The position numbers were made by a program, and so were the translations under genes. Positions 28,946 through 32,875 of a DNA stretch of 32,875 nucleotides are shown piece after piece. The notes beneath the pieces were generated by a model, which ran no database searches, was not told the DNA's origin, and was given only the letters and a program-made list of their open reading frames with translations. Source of the DNA: Candidatus Krumholzibacteriia bacterium (GTDB taxonomy: Bacteria > Krumholzibacteriota > Krumholzibacteriia > WVZY01). Where the stretch lies: NCBI GenBank assembly GCA_046754105.1, contig JBHHVD010000030.1:1-32875 (forward strand), in the 5' to 3' direction. Positions within the stretch are counted from its first letter, which is position 1; each line of letters opens with the position of its first letter.

Positions 28946-30202
28946 CTATTCGCTGCGGATCGCCTCCGCCGGCAACAGCTTGCTGGCCTCCCAGCTGGGA
29001 TAAACCGTTGCCAGAAAACAAATCAGGATCGCACTCGCGCACACGGCCACCAGGTCGGCCCACTGGACCAGCACGGGCAGCGTCTTGATGAAATAGACGT
29101 CTCCCGGCAGGTCGAGCTGGACGCGGTCCAGGACTACACACGCCAGGAACCCGGCCGCGAGCCCCCCCAACGTGCCCAGCACTCCGATCACCGTTCCCTC
29201 GAGCATGAAAATCGCCATGACGCCGCGGTTGGGCGCGCCCATCGCCTTGAGGATACCGATTTCCTTCCGCTTCTCCATAATGACCATGGTCAGCATGCCC
29301 ACGAGGTTGAACGCCGCCACCAGGATGATCAACGTCAACATGAGAAACATCAGTATCTTTTCGATCTTCATGTAACTGAACAGATTACGATTCATGTTGA
29401 TCCAGTTGTTGGTCCCATAGTCCTGGAGCGGCAGTTGGTTCTGGATCGCCGCGTCGACTTCCTGCGCCCGGTAGATATCATCGAGCTTGACGCTGTACCC
29501 GCGCAGCGCGGTCTCGAAGTCGAACATTCCATCCGCATCCTCGATATCGACGTACACGAAGCGGGAGTCGAACTCATACATGCCGCTGTTGAAGAAGCCG
29601 AGGACCCGGCACGGGGTAACCAGCGGTTCGACCTTCTCGGCGTGAATCGTGGCCGGCGCGGTGACGATGCTCACGGCCTCTCCGAGACCGACGCGGAGTT
29701 CCACGGCGAGGTCCAATCCGAGCACGACTCCGATATGGGGCTCTTCGTCCTCGAAAACGCTGGCGTCGAATGACTCGATCCGCGGTTTAATGCTGTCGAT
29801 GACCGTGGAGACCAGCGCCTCCTCGCGAAGATCGATCCCCTTGACGACCACGCCGCGGATGCGCGTGCGGCGGCCCGGTATCACCTCGTAGGAGAGCAGG
29901 GCCTCGGATCTGACGAACGGCGCGATGTCGGTTACGTGGTCCTGCCGCGCGAGTATCGCGGCGAGCGTATCTACGCGCGCCCATGCGGACGGGTTGCGCG
30001 TGAAGACGATCACGTTGGTGTTGAAAGCAACGATGCGCTGCCTGAGCTCGGTCTCGAACCCGTTTATGACCGAGAGCACGATGACCAGCGTCATCACACC
30101 CACGAAGACGCCGCCGACGGCGATCGACGTGATACGCGAAACCAGGGCAGACCGGCGCTTGGTTTGCAGGTAGCGTTTGGCGATGAAGAACGGGTAGTTC
30201 AT
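28946..30202 (-). CDS. lolE: Lipoprotein-releasing ABC transporter permease (single LolC/E-type gene)
   Basis: Motifs IA.RYL, VLSVINGF, F.SGMYEFD, LIILVAAFN, KRKEIGILKAMGA and DVYFI..LP. ATG overlaps the lysS stop. Confidence 0.9.
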   Translation of the reverse strand: MNYPFFIAKRYLQTKRRSALVSRITSIAVGGVFVGVMTLVIVLSVINGFETELRQRIVAFNTNVIVFTRNPSAWARVDTLAAILARQDHVTDIAPFVRSEALLSYEVIPGRRTRIRGVVVKGIDLREEALVSTVIDSIKPRIESFDASVFEDEEPHIGVVLGLDLAVELRVGLGEAVSIVTAPATIHAEKVEPLVTPCRVLGFFNSGMYEFDSRFVYVDIEDADGMFDFETALRGYSVKLDDIYRAQEVDAAIQNQLPLQDYGTNNWINMNRNLFSYMKIEKILMFLMLTLIILVAAFNLVGMLTMVIMEKRKEIGILKAMGAPNRGVMAIFMLEGTVIGVLGTLGGLAAGFLACVVLDRVQLDLPGDVYFIKTLPVLVQWADLVAVCASAILICFLATVYPSWEASKLLPAEAIRSE

Positions 30203-31671
30203 TCCGGGTTCTGCTCGGGGCGCATCTGGGGGAAGAACAGGACGTCCCGGATCGAGTGACTGTCGGTGAAGACCATGACCAGGCGATCGATCCCCAACCC
30301 CAGTCCCGCCGCGGGCGGCATGCCGTACTCCAGAGCCCGTATGAAATCCTCGTCCACCACGTGCGCCTCCGCGTCCCCCTGCGCTCTGAGCTCTGCCTGG
30401 GCCTCGAACCGCCGGCGCTGCTCGACGGGATCATTCAACTCGGAAAAAGCGTTGCCGACCTCGAAACCGCAGATGAACGGCTCGAATCTCTCGACGAGGC
30501 CCTCGTCGCTGCGGTGGTCCTTGGCCAGGGGGGAGAGCTCCTTGGGGTAGTCGTAGACAAACGTCGGCTCGATCAGCGTCGGCTCGACCAGCGCGCTGAA
30601 GACCTCATCCAGCGCTCGCGACGGCGGCGTGCCCTTGTCCACGTCGACCTTCAGCCCGGCCGCGGCTTCCAGGATTTCGCCGGGCGCCATGCCGTGGAAA
30701 TCCAGCTTTGTCTTGTCCTTCAACGCATCGAAGAAGCGAATCCGTTTCCAGGGCTTGTTGAAATCGACCTCCTCGCCCTTGAAGGTCACCTTGCCGTCTC
30801 CGGTCAGGCCGCCGGCCAGGTGACGCATCATCTCCTCGACCATGTCCATAAAGTCCATGTAGTCCTCGTAGGCCGAATAACATTCCATCATCGTGAACTC
30901 GGGGTTGTGCGCGCGGTCGATACCCTCGTTGCGGAAATCCTTGGCGAATTCGAACACACGCTCGAAACCGCCTACGAGGAGGCGTTTCAAATAGAGCTCG
31001 TCCGCGATCCGGAGATAGAGATCGACGTCCAGCGCGTTGTGATGGGTGGTAAACGGGCGGGCTGCCGCCCCACCGTAGATCGGCTGCAGGATCGGCGTTT
31101 CCACTTCGAGGTAGCCACGCGCGCTGAGAAACTCGCGGATCCCCTGCACGAGGCGCGAGCGCTTGTAGAACACCTCGCGCACGTCACCGTTCATGATCAA
31201 ATCCACGTACCGCTGCCTGTAGCGAATTTCCTTGTCCTGCAGGCCGTGCCATTTCTCCGGCAGCGGCCGTAGCGCCTTGGCCAGTACCTCGAACTTGCTG
31301 ACCCGCACCGTCACCTCGTCCGTCCTGGTGCGAAAAACGTAGCCCTCCAACCCCACGACGTCGCCCACCTCGAGCAGCTTGAAGAGGTCGTAGCGGTCAC
31401 GGCCGATCTCGTCCCTGCGGACGTAGAACTGCACCTTGCCCGTCCGGTCCTGGGCGTGCCCGAACGTGGTCGCTCCGTGCCCCCGCACCGCCATGATGCG
31501 ACCGGCCAGTGTCACCGCCGTCTCGGACCGGGTCAGCTCGGATTCGTGCTCGAGGATCGCCGAGACGGTGTGCGCCGCCTCGAAACGGTAGGGATACGGG
31601 TTCGTACCCCCCGCGCGCATCGCCTCCAGCTTCTCCAAACGTATCGCGCGAAGCTTATCCAGTCCGTCCAT
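30199..31671 (-). CDS. lysS: Lysine--tRNA ligase (class II)
   Basis: Motifs LRPLPEKWHGL, RYRQRYVDL, GGAAARPFTTHHN, FRNEG and EYGMPPAAGLGLGIDRL. ATG at 31671 follows AAAGGA. Confidence 0.97.
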   Translation of the reverse strand: MDGLDKLRAIRLEKLEAMRAGGTNPYPYRFEAAHTVSAILEHESELTRSETAVTLAGRIMAVRGHGATTFGHAQDRTGKVQFYVRRDEIGRDRYDLFKLLEVGDVVGLEGYVFRTRTDEVTVRVSKFEVLAKALRPLPEKWHGLQDKEIRYRQRYVDLIMNGDVREVFYKRSRLVQGIREFLSARGYLEVETPILQPIYGGAAARPFTTHHNALDVDLYLRIADELYLKRLLVGGFERVFEFAKDFRNEGIDRAHNPEFTMMECYSAYEDYMDFMDMVEEMMRHLAGGLTGDGKVTFKGEEVDFNKPWKRIRFFDALKDKTKLDFHGMAPGEILEAAAGLKVDVDKGTPPSRALDEVFSALVEPTLIEPTFVYDYPKELSPLAKDHRSDEGLVERFEPFICGFEVGNAFSELNDPVEQRRRFEAQAELRAQGDAEAHVVDEDFIRALEYGMPPAAGLGLGIDRLVMVFTDSHSIRDVLFFPQMRPEQNPE

Positions 31672-31706
31672 GCACGTTCCTTTGTTGGCTGCCGTCAAAT
31701 CACGCC

Positions 31707-31735
31707 AGATTAGAAATGGTTCTGGGCGTTGTCAA
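31707..31735 (-). promoter_or_regulatory. sigma70 promoter upstream of lysS
   Basis: The minus strand reads TTGACA-N17-TAATCT. Confidence 0.65.
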
Positions 31736-31738
31736 GCG

Positions 31739-32846
31739 CTAGTTGGCGCCCGAGAACTTGTGGAGATACGCCTCTATGAACTTCTCCAGATCGCCGTCGA
31801 GGACCTTCTGCGCGTCGCCGACCTGTACGGCCGTGCGGTGGTCTTTCACCATCGTGTACGGGTGCAGGACATAGGATCGAATCTGACTGCCCCAGGCGAT
31901 GTCTTTCTGGCTCTCGAGCATCTTGTCGATCTTCGCGCGCTCCTCCTCGAGCTTGCGGTGATAGAGGCGCGCGCGCAGGATCTTCATCGCGTTCTCGCGG
32001 TTGCGGAACTGCGATCGTTCGCTCTGGCACTGCACGACGATGCCGGTCGGACCGTGGGTGATGCGCACGGCGCTGTCCGTCTTGTTGACGTGCTGGCCAC
32101 CGGCTCCGCTCGCGCGATACGTGTCGGTCTTGAGGTCATCCTCCCGGATCTCCACTTCGAGGTCGTTCTCCATTTCCGGATACACGAACACGGACGCGAA
32201 AGAGGTGTGCCGCCGGTGGTTGGCGTCGTAAGGCGAGATACGTACCAGGCGGTGCACCCCGCTCTCGGATTTCAGGGTGCCGTAGGCGTTGTGACCCTTG
32301 ATTTCAATGGAGACACTCTTGATCCCGGCCTCTTCGCCCGGCGTCAGGTCCAGCACCCGTGCCGCGAACTCGCGGCGCTCGAAGAAGCGGTTGTACATCC
32401 TCATCAACATGTCGGCCCAATCCATCGATTCCGTCCCGCCCGCTCCGGGATGAATCGAGAGGATGGCGTCCCGCTGGTCTTCGGGGTTTGCGAACAGCAG
32501 CGATAGTTCCAACGTGGCCAGCTGCTTCTCGAGAACTCCGAGGTCACGGCGGATCTCGTCCAACACCGCCTCGTCCCGCTCGTCGCCGGCCAGCTCGAGC
32601 AACTCCCCGCACTCCTTGAGACCAACCGTCACCCGCCGTATCGGCTCAAGTTTCGACTTGATGGCACTGACTTCCTTGAGTGTTTCGCCGGATCGCTTCT
32701 TGTCCTGCCAGAACTCAGGGTCGTTCATCGTCTGCTCGAGCTCCGTCAGGCGTTTTTCGAGCGCATCGAGGTCAAAGAAACTCCTTGAGTTTGCGGGCCT
32801 GTTGTTCGAGCTCTGCTATTTTCTGGGGCAACTCGTTGTCTTGCAC
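31739..32846 (-). CDS. prfB: Peptide chain release factor 2, with programmed +1 frameshift (about 368 aa)
   Basis: SD AAGGAGG, then GTG at 32846 (or TTG at 32849) and 24 codons to CTT-TGA-C, after which the +1 frame continues into the 31739 ORF. GGQ motif (GAGGQHVN), an SPY anticodon-mimic tripeptide and WGSQIRSY. Confidence 0.96.
32771..32785 (-). promoter_or_regulatory. prfB +1 frameshift site (internal SD + CTT TGA C)
   Basis: The minus strand reads AGGAG-TTT-CTT-TGA-C, the canonical RF2 autoregulatory cassette. Confidence 0.95.
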
Positions 32847-32875
32847 CAATGGAGCCTCCTTGGAACGCGGTCCGG

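Overview
GC-rich chromosomal window from a diderm (LPS-making) bacterium. The lpxC-fabZ fusion, the bacillithiol genes and the gene order suggest an FCB-related lineage such as Gemmatimonadota, Krumholzibacteriota or Latescibacterota (inference). Most genes are on the minus strand, in three blocks. (1) A long envelope and proteostasis run: prfB (programmed +1 frameshift), lysS, lolC/E, lolD, mcsA, mcsB, clpC, bamA, skp, lpxD, lpxC/fabZ, lpxA, a GnnA-like oxidoreductase, lpxB, DUF374 (LpxJ-like) and lpxK. (2) nadB, then a 211-bp rod-folding element with terminal inverted repeats and a CTAA duplication, then a SAM methyltransferase, bshC, bshB1, bshA and a Minf_1886-family gene; this is a candidate N-methyl-bacillithiol operon. 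(3) prkA/yeaG, yeaH, spoVR and a fourth uncharacterised gene. Plus-strand genes are a partial AMMECR1/AmrA gene, a HIT hydrolase and a stand-alone lipoprotein. Three sigma54-type (-24/-12) promoter motifs are visible. No CRISPR array, rRNA, tRNA, transposase or phage gene was seen. The most unusual items are the structured intergenic element at 11152-11370, the methyltransferase-extended bacillithiol cluster and the sigma54-driven orphan genes.
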